The notes under the pieces are model-generated. The model was not told the DNA's origin and made no database searches. It worked only from the letters and a program-made list of their open reading frames with translations. Below, one piece after another: positions 1 to 17,629 of a DNA stretch of 64,000 bases. The DNA comes from the human T2T-CHM13v2.0 reference genome, Homo sapiens: the NCBI RefSeq assembly GCF_009914755.1, contig NC_060933.1; one strand, given 5' to 3'. Each line of letters opens with the position of its first letter. Position 1 is the first letter of the stretch. The translations under genes and the position numbers were made by a program.

Positions 1-268
1 ACAGGAACAGAAAACCAAACACCGTATGTTCTCACTCATAAGTGGCAGTTAAACAATGATAACACATGGACACAGAAAGGGGAACATCACACACTGGGGC
101 CTGTTGTGGGGTGGTGGGCTAAGGGAGGGATAGCATTAGGAGAAATACGTAATGTAGATGACGGGTTGATGGGTGCAGCAAACCACCATGGCACATATAT
201 ACCTATGTAACAAACCTGCATGTTCTGCACATGTATCCCAGAACCTAAAGTATTTTTTTTAAAAAAAA
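1..268 (+). mobile_element. L1PA-type LINE-1 3' end (3'UTR and A-rich tail)
   Basis: Typical L1 3' sequence (ttctcactcataagtgg...ggtgcagcaaaccaccatggcacat...cccagaacctaaagtat) followed by a T/A tail; cut by the window edge. Confidence 0.9.
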
Positions 269-706
269 GCCTTTCCTCATTTAATTGATTTAGTGCCTCC
301 ACTTACTTTAAAAACAATCACACATGTTCCCTGATAGATGACAGCTGTCAGAGTTAATTATTGATTAAATATAATTAGACTATATTGTGGATGTCAGTCT
401 CATCTCACATCGTCTGTAGTAGGAAAAAAATGTGAATGTGTGTTCTTTAGTTTAAAACATCACGTGGTAGACAATGATTACAAAAGGGGAGATGTGGCTC
501 AGTCAAGGAAAGCATGAAACAAGAAGAGGGAAGACTGAAGGAGCAGTTTTCTAGACAGAGAAGAAAGGCCACACCAGGTATAAAGATGAACCACTACGGC
601 ACAGGCATTGAATGCCATAAAACCAAAGCTACCTCTTCATTTGGAACTACATCCTAGCAAAGAGAAGAATGTGATTTCTTTATTGCAGTTCAAAGTTGAG
701 TCCTAG

Positions 707-1189
<483 letters not shown>

Positions 1190-1467
1190 TAATGTCTATA
1201 TTGTTGAATAAAGGACTGACTTTCAAGTAGGGCTTTCAGAGAATGTCTCAGTTCTCTGCTAAAACTTATTATACACATTATTATTTCTTCTTTCCTGGTT
1301 CTCCTCCTCCTCTTAGCTAACCACGAAGTCTGACCCTTCTAGTATTGGAGTGTGGGGAGGACAGAGAGATGGAGACAAGAAGGCAGGAAAGTTCTTACTA
1401 GAGTGGTGTCAGTGGTGAACTGGAGCCAGCTCCTAGCAGCTTGTAAGAACTGACTGTTAAACTTTCA

Positions 1468-2013
1468 GGAATTTGTAATTCAGTTACTACATAGAACCAT
1501 TAATGCACATAGAATTGTAATTAAATAAATTGTATTTAAAATAAATGCAATAAATACTAAAAACTCTTCACTTCCTAATTATTTTGTTACATTTTACGCT
1601 GGGGTCAGTGGAGGAGGAGAGCCAGGAAAGAAACAAATAATAATGTAAGGAAATAATTTTAGAACATTTACACCACAAAAATCTTCAAATGCCACAAATC
1701 AGGGCTATCCCCCGACAAAGATTCTTTGCTTAGTCAAACTTTAGTCAGGCTTCTGAGCCTTCCCCTAGGTCCATCTTAGAGAGACATCGTAAAATCCAGT
1801 TTTAGCAAAGAGCCCTGCTAAGTCAGTTTAGCAAGAACTTTTCAGACTTAATTTCCTCGCTCTCCTCCTCCACTGACCCCTGAGTAAAATGTAGCAAAAT
1901 AATCAGGAAGTGATGAGTTTTTAGTGTTTATTGCATTTACTTTAAATACAATTTATTTAATTGTAATTTTATGTGCATTAATGGCTCTATGTAGTAACTG
2001 AATTGCAAATTCC
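1468..2013. repeat. Inverted duplication, arms 1468-1629 and 1852-2013 (162 bp, about 92% identical)
   Basis: Manual reverse-complement alignment: about 13 substitutions, no indels. Confidence 0.9.
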
Positions 2014-2316
2014 CGATCACCCCTGATATCTGATGAGGTTTCTCCAGGTGAGGACTGATCACACTGGCCTGTCTTTAGCAAGAATATCGTTAGGCTGGCT
2101 TAGCCAAAATCTTACCCTTGATGTTTTACCTCTTAGTAATTTTCAATCCACTGACCACACCCTGCTCCTTGGCTATAAATGCCCACTTGCCTATGCTGTG
2201 TTCCGGGGTTGAAACCAATCTCTGTCCCCCACTACGAGACCTTATTGCAGTGGTCCTGAACAATGTCTTCCTTACTGTGCTTTAACACGTGTCACTAAAT
2301 AAGTTTTTGTTTAACA
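1713..2316 (+). mobile_element. MER31-type ERV1 solo LTR nested in MER63
   Basis: gacaaagattctttgcttagtcaaactttagtcaggc...gtaaaatccagttttagcaaag...ccttggctataaat...tttaaca matches recalled MER31 consensus; interrupted at 1852-2013. Confidence 0.7.
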
Positions 2317-2470
2317 ACTTCCCCCTGGTTGTTTAACATTTACCAGCACACATCTGTCTGAGTAGTATTGTTCTAAGGCAGTTTTGCATCCTCTGAGTCT
2401 GGCATTGGTTTAAAGCTGACTCTATCATAAGGAATTTTGTAATGCCTTTAGAGACCTGACCTACCACTGA

Positions 2471-3196
<726 letters not shown>

Positions 3197-3712
3197 TAAC
3201 CAGGCTGGTTCTCACTTGAGTATATCTCCTATGCAGCTTGTAAGGAATACTTGTTGGCTGAATAAATCCTGGCAGTGCACACTGATCATTCTCTTTGCTC
3301 TACCATCACACCATTTATGATCAGAGCCAATCATAGTTTCTTATCCATTAGGTTTCTCAGGTGTGAATCAGATACCAGTCTTCTGTGTCCCTAAATGCAG
3401 AAGACATGTCAAGCCTTCAAGAGATTCTACTGAAACCCCTTTCACTAGACTTGACTGGGGGAGAGAGACAAGTCACAGCTTACCAGCAGCCCACCTGAAG
3501 ATTTCTCTAAATAAATCATCACAAAAATCCCCTGCACATCTCTCCTCTTTCAAACATTTAATGTCCTCAGTATAGATGATGGCTGTTGGTCATCTTGTGT
3601 TTAAATTCCTGTAGGGTGGTTGATCTCACAGTTAATTACAGTATATGATACCTATTGTTTCTTGGTGCCTTATTCAGAACTTTCAATTTAACATAATAGA
3701 ATATCTTTATAA

Positions 3713-4113
<401 letters not shown>

Positions 4114-4295
4114 TAATATGACGCCCTCCTGGGGCAGGCCTACGCCACGACAGACAATTCATTTTTTTACATTAATATTTATTAACAACAAAAAAATTAA
4201 TAAATTGCACAACGTGAAAATTAAGAACTTCTGTTTATCCAAAGACACCATTCTCTTTCCCAATTAGAAGAAGATACTTAAAACACATATAACTA

Positions 4296-4697
<402 letters not shown>

Positions 4698-4749
4698 TCA
4701 AATAAGAAAAAACATATATATGACTGATACCATATTAAAAGGTGAAATC

Positions 4750-5057
4750 GGCCAGGTGCAGTGGCTCACACCTGTAATCCCAGCATTTTAGGAGGCCAAG
4801 GCAGATGGATTGCCTGAGGTTAAGAGTTCAAGACCCACCTGGTCAACATGGCAAAACCTCATCTCTACAAAAAAGACAAAAATTAGCCAGGCATGGTGAT
4901 GCATGCCAGTAATCCCACCTACTTGGGAGACTGAGGCACAAGAATCGGTTGAACTTGGCAGGCGGAGGATGCCGTAAGCCGAGATTGTGGTACTGCAATC
5001 CAGCCCGGGTGACACAGTGAGACTCCATCTCATAAATAAATAAATAAATAAATAAAA
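4750..5057 (+). mobile_element. Alu with (TAAA)n tail
   Basis: ggccaggtgcagtggctcacacctgtaatcccagc ... (taaa)n. Confidence 0.9.
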
Positions 5058-5963
5058 GATGAAATGATAGAAATGCAAATTAACACCATAATAAGATGCA
5101 ATTTCATAATTAGCAGATTGACAACAATTTAAAAGTCCAAGACCAGCAAGTGCTGGTTGGGTCACAGAGCAGCAGGAACTCTCCCACACCACTCGCAGGA
5201 ATAGTGACACCAGCACTGTGGAAGCAGTTAGGCAGCATCTCCTAAATTGAACATGCATCCTACAACCTAGTAATTCCACTCCTAGAAAAACCCCTACAGG
5301 ACACCCAGGAGACATGCACAGCATTTTTTATAACAGCCAAAAGTAGAAACAACCCAATTGTCCTTACACGGAGGGAGTAGATCTAAATATTCATCAAGAG
5401 GAGAATGGACAGATACATTGCAGTACTTTATGTGACAGGGTATCTTATGACTGAGAAAATGAGTGAAGATATATCAACATGGATGAATCTTAGAAATCAT
5501 TCTTACAAAGTTAAAAACAAAAAAACTAAATAATATGTTATTTAGGACGCTTTTATTTGTGGTAAAACTTGAAATAAAAGGAATAAATTATAAACAAAAT
5601 TTTAGAGTAGCAATTACTTCTTGGGAGAGGCAGATAAATGGAGTGGGGAAGAAGTCTCAGGGGACTCAAAAACATTGGTAATGGCCTCTGCCTTGAATTG
5701 TATTGTGCATCACAGGGTGGTTTTCTTGTTATTATTCTTCATTGCTTCCACAGGATGAAGATATACATATAGTAGATGTTATTATGTATGTTAATTATAA
5801 AGTAAACCATATATTATATATACTATACAACACTAACATACAATATGTTAACTTATATAGTATGTATTAATTATATACAGTATATTAATATTAATTATGT
5901 AGTATACTATATAGTCACCCTGAGTGATGGAGTTCTGTATTATAATTTTCTACATTTCCCATG

Positions 5964-6266
<303 letters not shown>

Positions 6267-6443
6267 CTACATTTCCATAATTGCTTAAACATCAATGCAA
6301 TACATTCATAATCAAAAGACGGTGATTTTTAAATAATGTCTAGAATGCTTGCACAGTTTTTTGAAAACTGATCTGAACCTTCAGTCTAGTGTCATGCTAC
6401 GGGAGGGATAATCTCTAAAGATTTGACATTGCTATCTAGTTGA

Positions 6444-6802
<359 letters not shown>

Positions 6803-7198
6803 ACCAACACTGCCTTTAAATATTCAGTATTCCTTAGTCAGTATTACTACCCTTCTTATCTTTTTGAAGATATACTTCCCATCTTTATGTTGAGGCTTTT
6901 ATCCTATTTCCAACATCACTAAGCTTCCCTTGAACTGTAAAATTCAGTAACTCAGAAGCCTTGGATGAAAACTAAGATTCTTTTCTTCCCCCAGCCCTTT
7001 AGCAATATCTAGTGGCTATTTAGAGACAGCACAAGACAAACATTTTCCTACGTGAGGATCAATGGTATCGATGGCAAATTTGACTTAGCAAAAAAAAAAA
7101 AAAAAAAAAAGAAAGCCTTAGGTCTTCAAACAAATAAAATCTCTCCTGTGATTAAGTAATTTTACATGCATGGGTGTATATGTCAACACTTTATAAAG

Positions 7199-7627
7199 TG
7201 TCAGGCCTCTGAGCCCAAGCCAAGCCATCGCATCCCCTGTGACTTACACATATACACCCAGATGGCCTGAAGTAACTGAAGATCCACAAAAGAAGTAAAA
7301 ATAGCCTTAACTGATGACATTCCACCATTGTGATTTGTTCCTGCCCCACCCTAACTGATCAATGTACTTTGTAATCTCCCCCACCCTTAAGAAGGTTCTT
7401 TGTAATCTCCCCACCCTTGAGAATGTACTTTGTGAGATCCACCCTTGCCCGCAAAACATTGCTCTTAACTTCACCGCCTATCCCAAAACCTGTTAAGAAC
7501 TAATGATAATCCACCACTCTTTGCTGACTCTTTTCGGACTCAGCCCACCTGCACCCAGGTGAAGTAAACAGCCATGTTGCTCACACAAAGTCTCTTTGGT
7601 GGTCTCTTCACACGGACGCGCATGAAA
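7199..7627 (+). mobile_element. HERV-H 5' LTR (LTR7Y/LTR7B-like, type II repeats)
   Basis: tgtcaggcctctgagcccaagc ... cacggacgcgcatgaaa; contains tgtactttgtaatctcccccaccc-type repeats. Confidence 0.9.
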
Positions 7628-7629
7628 TT

Positions 7630-7647
7630 TGGTGCCATGACTCGGAT
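7630..7647 (+). promoter_or_regulatory. Primer-binding site for tRNA-His
   Basis: tggtgccatgactcggat, one mismatch to TGGTGCCGTGACTCGGAT, just after the 5' LTR. Confidence 0.9.
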
Positions 7648-8184
7648 TGGGGGACCTCCCTTGGGAGATCAATCCCCCGTCCTCCTACTCTTTGCTCCAC
7701 GAGAAAGATCCACCTACGACCTCAGGTCCTCAGACCCACCAGCCCAAGAAACATCTCACCAATTTCAAATCCGGTAAGCGGCCTCTTTTTACTCTCTTCT
7801 CCAACCTCCCTCACTATCCCTCAACCTCTTTCTCCTTTCAATCTTGGTGCCACACTTCAATCTCTCCCTTCTCTTAATTTCAATTCCTTTCATTTTCTGG
7901 TAGAGACAAAGGAGACACGTTTTATCCATGGACCCAAAACTCCGGCGCCGGTCACGGACTGGGAAGGCAGCCTCCCCTTGGTATTTGATTCACCCACATT
8001 TCAAAGGCGTCAGACCATGCAGGGACACCTGCCTTGGTCCTTCACCCTTAGCGGCAAGTCCCCCAACCCCTTCTCTCCTTGTCTCTACCCCTTCTCTGCT
8101 TTTCTGGGGGAGAGGCAAGTACCCCTCAACCCCTTCTCCTTCACCCTTAGCGGCAAGTCCCGCTTTTCTAGGGGGCAAGAACCC

Positions 8185-8335
8185 CCAATCCCTTATTTCT
8201 GCACCCCGACCTCTTATCTCTGTGCCCCAATCCCTTATTTCCGCACCCCGACCTCTTATCTCTGTGCCCCAATCCCTTATTTCTGCACCCCAAGCTCTCA
8301 TCTCTGTGTCTCAATCCCTTATTTCCATGCCCCAA
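8185..8335 (+). repeat. About 42-bp tandem repeat in the HERV-H leader/pre-gag region
   Basis: ccccaatcccttatttctgcaccccgacctcttatctctgtg, about 3.5 copies. Confidence 0.85.
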
Positions 8336-9226
8336 CCCTTTCTCTGCTTTTCTGGAGGGCAAGAAGCCCCCACCCCTTCTCCATGTCTCTACTCTTTTCT
8401 CTTGGCTTGCCTCCTTCACTATGGGCAACCTTCCACCTCCCATTCCTCCTCCTTCTCCCTTAGCCTGTATTCTTAAGAACTTAAAACCTCTTCAACTCTC
8501 ACCTGACCTAAAATCTAAGCATCTTATTTTCTTCTGCAATGCCGCTTGACCCCAATACAAACTTGACAGTAGTTCCAAATAGCCGGAAAATGGCACTTTC
8601 AATTTTTCCATCCTACAAGATCTAAATAATTCTTGTCGTAAAATGGGCAAATGGTCTGAGGTGCCTGACATCCAGGCATTCTTTTACACATCAGTCCCTT
8701 CCTAGTCTCTGTGCCCAGTGCAACTCATCCCAAATCTTCCTTCTTTCCCTCCCGCCTGTCCCCTCAGTCCCAACCCCAAGCGTCGCTGAGTCTTTCTAAT
8801 CTTCCTTTTCTACAGACCCATCTGACCCCTCCCCTCCTCGCCAGGCCAAGCTAGGTCCCAATTCTTCCTCAGCCTCCGCTCCTCCACCCTATAATCTTTT
8901 TATCGCCTCCCCTCCTCACACCTGGTCCGGCTTACACTTTCGTTCCGTGACTAGCCCTCCCCCACCTGCCCAGCAATTTACTCTTAAAAAGGTGGCTGGG
9001 GCTAAAGGCATAGTCAAGGTTAATGCTCCTTTTTCTTTATCCCAAATCAGATAGCGTTTAGGCTCTTTTTCAGCAAATATAAAAACCCAGCCCAGTTCAT
9101 GGCTCATTCGGCAGCAACCCTGAGACGCTTTACAGCCCTAGACCCTAAAAGGTCAAAAGGCCATCTTATTCTCAATATACATTTTATTACCCAATCTGCT
9201 CCCGACATTAAATAAAACTCCAAAAA

Positions 9227-9532
9227 TTGGAACCTGGCCCTCAAACCCCACAACGGGACTTGATTAATCTCACCTTCAAGGTGTACAATAACAAAAAAAA
9301 GTTGCACTTCCTTGCCTCCACTGTGAGACAAACCCCAGCCACATCTCCAGCACACAAGAACTTCGAAACGCCTGAACTGCAGCGGCCAGGCGTTCCTCCA
9401 GAACCTCCTCCCCAAGGAGCTTGCTACAAGTGCCAGAAATCTGACCACCAGGCCAAGGAATGCCTGCAGCCCAGGATTCCTCCTAAGCCGTGTCCCATCT
9501 GTGCAGGACCCCACTGGAAATCGGACTGTTAA
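9227..9532 (+). pseudogene. HERV-H gag C-terminal remnant (two CCHC zinc knuckles)
   Basis: ORF track peptides CYKCQKSDHQAKEC and CPICAGPHWKSDC; upstream gag is disrupted. Confidence 0.85.
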
Positions 9533-9659
9533 ACTCACCTGGCAGCCACTCCCAGAGCCCCTGGAACTCTGGCCCAAGGCTCTCTCACTGACTCCTTCTT
9601 GGCTTAGCGGCTAAAGACTGACGCTGCCCAATCACCTCGGAAGTCCCGTAGACCATCAC

Positions 9660-11830
9660 GGACGCTGAGATTTAGATAACTCTCACGGAGAGTAAGCCCG
9701 TCCCCTTCTTAATCAATACGGAGGCTACCCACTCCACCTTACCTTCTTTTCAAGGGTCTGTTTCCCTTGCCTCCATAACTGTTGTGGGTATTGACAGCCA
9801 GGCTTCTAAACCTCTTAAAACTCCCCAACTCTGGTGCCAACTTAGACAATACTCTTTTATGCACTCTTTTTTAGTTATCCCCACCTGCCCAGTTCCCTTA
9901 TTAGGCCGAGATATTTTAACCAAATTATCTGCTTCCCTGACTATTCCTGGGCTACAGCTGCATCTCATTGCTGCCCTTCTTCCCAATCCAAAGTCTCCTT
10001 TGCGTCCTCCTCTTGTATCCCCCACCTTAACCCACAAGTATAAGATACCTCTATTCCCTCCTTGGCGACCGATCATGCACCCCTTACCATCTCATTAAAA
10101 CCTAATCGCCCGTACCCCGCTCAATGCCAATATCCCATCCCACAGCATGCTTTGAAAGGATTAAAGCCTGTTATCACTCGCCTGCTACAGCATGGCCTTT
10201 TAAAGCCTGTAAACTCTCCTTACAGTTCCCCCATTTTACCTGTCCTAAAACCCGACGAGCCTTACTAGTTAGTTCAGGATCTGCGCCTTATCAACCAAAT
10301 TGTTTTGCCTATCCACCCCATGGTGGCAAACCCATATACTCTCCTATCCTCAATACCTCTCTCCACAATCCATTATTCTGTTCTGGATCTCAAACATGCT
10401 TTCTTTGCTATTCCTTTGCACCCGTCATCCCAGCCTCTCTTCACCTTCACTTGGACTGACCCTGACACCCATCAGGCTCAGCAAATTACCTGGGCTGTAC
10501 TGCCGCAAAGCTTCACAGACAGCCCCCATTACTTCAGTCAAGCCCAAATTTCATCCTCATCTGTTACCTATCTCGGCATAATTCTCGTAAAAACACATGT
10601 GCTCTCCCTGCTGATCGTGTCCGATTAATCTCCCAAACCTCAATCCCTTACAAAACAACTCCTTTCCTTCCTAGGCATGGTTAGCGCGGTCAGAATTCTT
10701 ACATAAGAGCCAGGACCGCACCCTGTAGCTTTTCTGTCCGAACAACTTGACCTTACTGTTTTAGTCTAGCCCTCATGTCTGCGTGCAGCGGCTGCCACTG
10801 CTTTAATACTTTTAGAGGCCCTAAAAATCGCAAACTATGCTCAACTCACTCTCTACATTTCTCATAACTTCCAAAATCTATTTTCTTCCTCATACCTGAC
10901 GCATATACTTTCTGCTCCCCGGCTCCTTCAGCTGTACTCACTCTTTGTTAAGTCCCACAATTACCGTTGTTCCTGGCCCAGACTTCAATCTGGCCTCCCA
11001 CATTATTCCTGATACCACACCTGACCCCCGTGACTGTATCTCTCTGATCCACCTGATATTCACCCCATTTCCCCATATTTCCTTCTTTCCTGTTCCTCAC
11101 CTTGATCACACTTGATTTATTGATGGCAGTTCCACCAGGCCTAATTGCCACACACCAGCAAAGGCAGGCTATGCTATAGTATAAGCCACTAGCCTGCCTC
11201 TCAGAACCTCTCATTTCCTTTCCATCGTGGAAATCTATCCTCAAGGAAATAACTTCTCAGTGTTCCATCTGCTATTCTACTACTCCTCAGGGATTATTCA
11301 GGCCCCCTCCCTTCCCTACACATCAAGCTCGAGGATTTGCCCCACCCAGGACTGGCAAATTAGCTTTACTCAACATGCCCTGAGTCAGGAAACTAAAATA
11401 CCTCTTAGTCTAAATAGACACTTTCACTGAATAAGTAAAGGCCTTTCCTACAGGGTCTGAGAAGGCCACTGCAGTCATTTCTTCTCTTCTGTCAGACGTA
11501 ATTCCTCAGTTTAGCTTTCCCACCTCTATACAGTCTGATAACAGACCAGCCTTTATTAGTCAAATCAGCCAAGCAGTTTTTCAGGCTCTTAGTATTCAGT
11601 GAAACCTTTATATCCCTTACGGTCCTCCGTCTTCAAGAAAAGTAGAATGGACTAAAGGTCTTTTAAAAACACACCTCACCAAGCTCAGCCACCAACTTAA
11701 AAAGGACTGGACAATACTTTTACCACTTTTGCTTCTCTCAGAATTCAGGCCTGTCCTCGGACTGCTACAAGGTACAGCCCATTTGAGCTCCTTTTTATTA
11801 GGCCCCAGTCTCATTCCAGACACCGGGCCA
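9660..11830 (+). pseudogene. HERV-H pro/pol remnant (protease, RT, RNase H, integrase), frameshifted and deleted
   Basis: PTCPVPLLGRDIL, QYPIPQHAL, YSVLDLKHAFF and LPQSFTDSPHYF motifs; YxDD region absent; multiple stops. Confidence 0.85.
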
Positions 11831-12420
11831 ACTTAGACTGTGCCCCAAAAAAACTTGTCATCCCTACTATTTTCTGTCTAGTCATACTCCTATTCTCCGT
11901 TCTCAACTACTCATACATGCCCTGCTCTTGTTTACACTGCCGGTTTACACTGTTTCTCCAAGCCATCACAGCTGATATCTCCTCGTGCTATCCCCAAACT
12001 GCCATTCTTAACTCTTGAAGTAAATAAATAATCTTTGCTGGCAGGACTATGCTGAATCTCCTTAGGCACTCTCTAATCAGATGTCCTGAGTCGTCCCAAT
12101 TCTTAGACCTTTTATACCTGTTTTTCTCCTTCTCTTATTCCATTTAGTTTTTCAATTCATACAAAACCGTATCCAGGCCATCACCAATAATTCTACACAA
12201 CAAATGTTTCTTCTAACAACCCCACAATATCACCCCTTAACATAAAATCTTCCTTCAGCTTAATCTCTCCCACTGTAGGTTCCCACGCCGCCCCTAATCC
12301 CGCTTGAAGCAGCCCTGAGAAACAGCGCCCATTCTCTCTCCATACCACCCCCCAAAAATTTTCGCCGCCCCAAGACTTCAACACTATTTTATTTTTCTTA
12401 TTAATATAAGAAGGCAGGAA

Positions 12421-12842
12421 CGTCAGGCCTCTGAGCCCAAGCCAAGCCATCGCATCCCGTGACTTGTACGTATACATCCAGATGGCCTGAAGTAACTGAA
12501 GATCCACAAAAGTAAAAATAGCCTTAACTGATGACATTCCACCATTGTGATTTGTTCCTGCCCCACCCTAACTAATCAATGTACTTTGTAATCTCCCCCA
12601 CCCTTAAGAAGGTTCTTTGTAATTCTCCCCACGAGAATGTACTTTGTGAGATCGGCCCCTGCCCGCAAAACATTGCTCTTAACTTCACCGCCTATCCCAA
12701 AACCTATAAGAACTAATGATAATCCACCACTCTTTGCTGACTCTCTTTTCGGACTCAGCCCACCTGCACCCAGGTGAAATAAACAGCCATGTTGCTCACA
12801 CAAAGCCTGTTTGGTGGTCTCTTCACACAGACGCGCATGAAA
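12421..12842 (+). mobile_element. HERV-H 3' LTR
   Basis: cgtcaggcctctgagccc ... gcgcatgaaa; TATAA at 12705-12709 and AATAAA at 12778-12783 intact. Confidence 0.92.
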
Positions 12843-13929
12843 TAAAGTCATACAGCTGGCATTTCCTCATTTAGCCTGCTGTAAACATAGGCAACAGTTG
12901 TTACTACATTACATAATGGGCATTATGATAAAGAACCTCAACAAAGATCTGAAGCAAGAGTGCCAGCACGGTGTGAAAACATCTAAAAGCAAAATGGAAG
13001 AACTTGTATAGAATGGCATCTTTCAGGAACAGAAGTCTCTAGGCATAGAAGCAGAGATTAACAGACGAGACAGAGCAAGAGGGGTGGGCTAGGGAGGGAG
13101 CACAAGAAGAAAAGAATACAGAAAAATCATTGGGATGAAGAGATTTATAGAATCCAGAGTTTTTATCCTAAGATAACTGCAGCCGGTCATTGCACGCTTA
13201 ACCAAAAGTAGGTTTCTCTTCATCCTTCAAGCCTGCTCCCCCAAAGATGTTTGCCATCTTTCCCTTTGACTTGCTGCATTACCTATCTCATCTCACTTTC
13301 ACTGGAGGTTCTGCTCCCAGGTAGATGATGGGTGACAGCTGATGACTGAGAGAAAAGAAGCTCCTAACTTCTGTCTGTAGAAGTAGATAAAGAAACTATA
13401 ACTGCAACCTCTCCTGTTCCCACCAACACTTGAGTCCTAACAAAAGCAGCTCTTTTCCTAGAAAGCTGGTCACATTCCTAAAAAGAGTTTGCATTCTGAC
13501 CTTTACGAGTTAGGTGGAGACTCTCTCAACATTATTCCAGTTATAAGAAGGGGATGGCCTGAGAGTCAGGCAACCTGGGGCTCTTTAGCCTCATTACTTT
13601 TTAACCCTATTATCACACTTTAATCTCTCTGTGCCTCAACTTCTCTATCTAAAAACTAGATATGATTACTCATACCCTTGCAATTTTCATAGACAGTTCT
13701 CCATGATCAATTAACGTTTACCAAAATGTTTTCCCCATAGAAAAAACCCATGAAGCCTAGACAATACTATTAGCATTCCCATGCACACCTATGAAACAAA
13801 TACCTGCTTATGGCTATCAACATGTGGTGCTGGGCTGACCTCCACACAAGTTAGGTAAACTGAGTTTTGCAATCTAGCACTATGTTGTTCCAATTTAGCT
13901 TATGATGGGAGAACACAGAACATTATTGA

Positions 13930-16730
<2,801 letters not shown>

Positions 16731-17629
16731 GATTATATGTAATGTTTTCCGCATTTGTAACCTGACATCAAATCCATCTGTTGTAATACACTGATTGTTA
16801 CTTTTCAAACTTGAAAACCTGGACTTTTTCACTACTCTCCCTTTCTCTTGGTCTGCTTCTTATTAAAAAAAAAAAAACCTATCAATGTAAACCAGGACAG
16901 ATCATTATTTTTCTATAAAACAATTTCAAAGGCATTAAAAAATTTTTAATCTAACACTTTTAAACTTTGTATGTCAATGTTTAAACTGTGGTCTCGCAAA
17001 ACAAATCCATTAACTTTAGTGGCAGAAATTACGCTAATCCCTACACTATCACTGGGTCTAGCCAAGAGTTGACCAAAGATGCTATTATTAGATATGCTTA
17101 TTTAGTACCTTGTTCTCACAGTTCTAGTGTAAGTCTTGAAAATCTAGAAAAAATTTGTAAAGATTATAGTTGCACAAACTCCCTCTCTCATGAGTCACAG
17201 TTAATCCAGAATATTACTTCTAAGTTATCATAAAGCCAACAAGTATGATATACTGTTTAAAAATAATCCTAATTTTATAAATATATTCTATAAATTAAAC
17301 ATGTAATCGATACTATTTATTGAATATCTCATAATTATATTTATTTACATAGAAACAAAGGAATCAAAAGCATCTCTTATATAACATTTAAATGACTAAA
17401 AATACTTGATAGCATTGCTACATAAATGCTATGTAAAAGACAACAGTAAAAATGTCATTCCCTACATTTGCTAAATATATTGAGACACATTATTTTTTAA
17501 ATATATCACTAATGGTTGGTTCAAGTGGGCAAAAATGATTCTAAGTATTTAATTGTGGAAAAATGTAGTACAGGGGATAGTATTCATGTGATGGAAGGGT
17601 TTTAAATGGAGTCCAGGGATTAGCAGCAG

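Larger units (their letters stand above)
1410..2356 (+). mobile_element. MER63 (hAT-Blackjack) DNA transposon, interrupted by an LTR
   Basis: Start cagtggtgaactggagccagctc...ctgttaaactttcaggaatttg and end ctggttgtttaacatttaccagcacac match recalled MER63 termini. Confidence 0.7.
7199..12842 (+). mobile_element. HERV-H provirus (about 5.6 kb, common pol/env-deleted form), coding-defective
   Basis: Two LTRs; TSD TAAAG at 7194-7198 and 12843-12847; PBS-His; gag zinc knuckles; RT, RNaseH and IN remnants; polypurine tract aagaaggcaggaa at 12408-12420. Confidence 0.97.

Noticed and set aside
8185-8335. Regular about 42-bp repeats, and the 21.3-21.9 kb repeats, as a CRISPR-like array
   Set aside because: No unique spacers and no cas genes in a eukaryotic context; the first is a normal HERV-H leader repeat, the second a degenerate minisatellite
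7574-12851. HERV-H ORFs as functional gag/pol/env
   Set aside because: Fragmented by stops and frameshifts; RT lacks YxDD; env largely deleted
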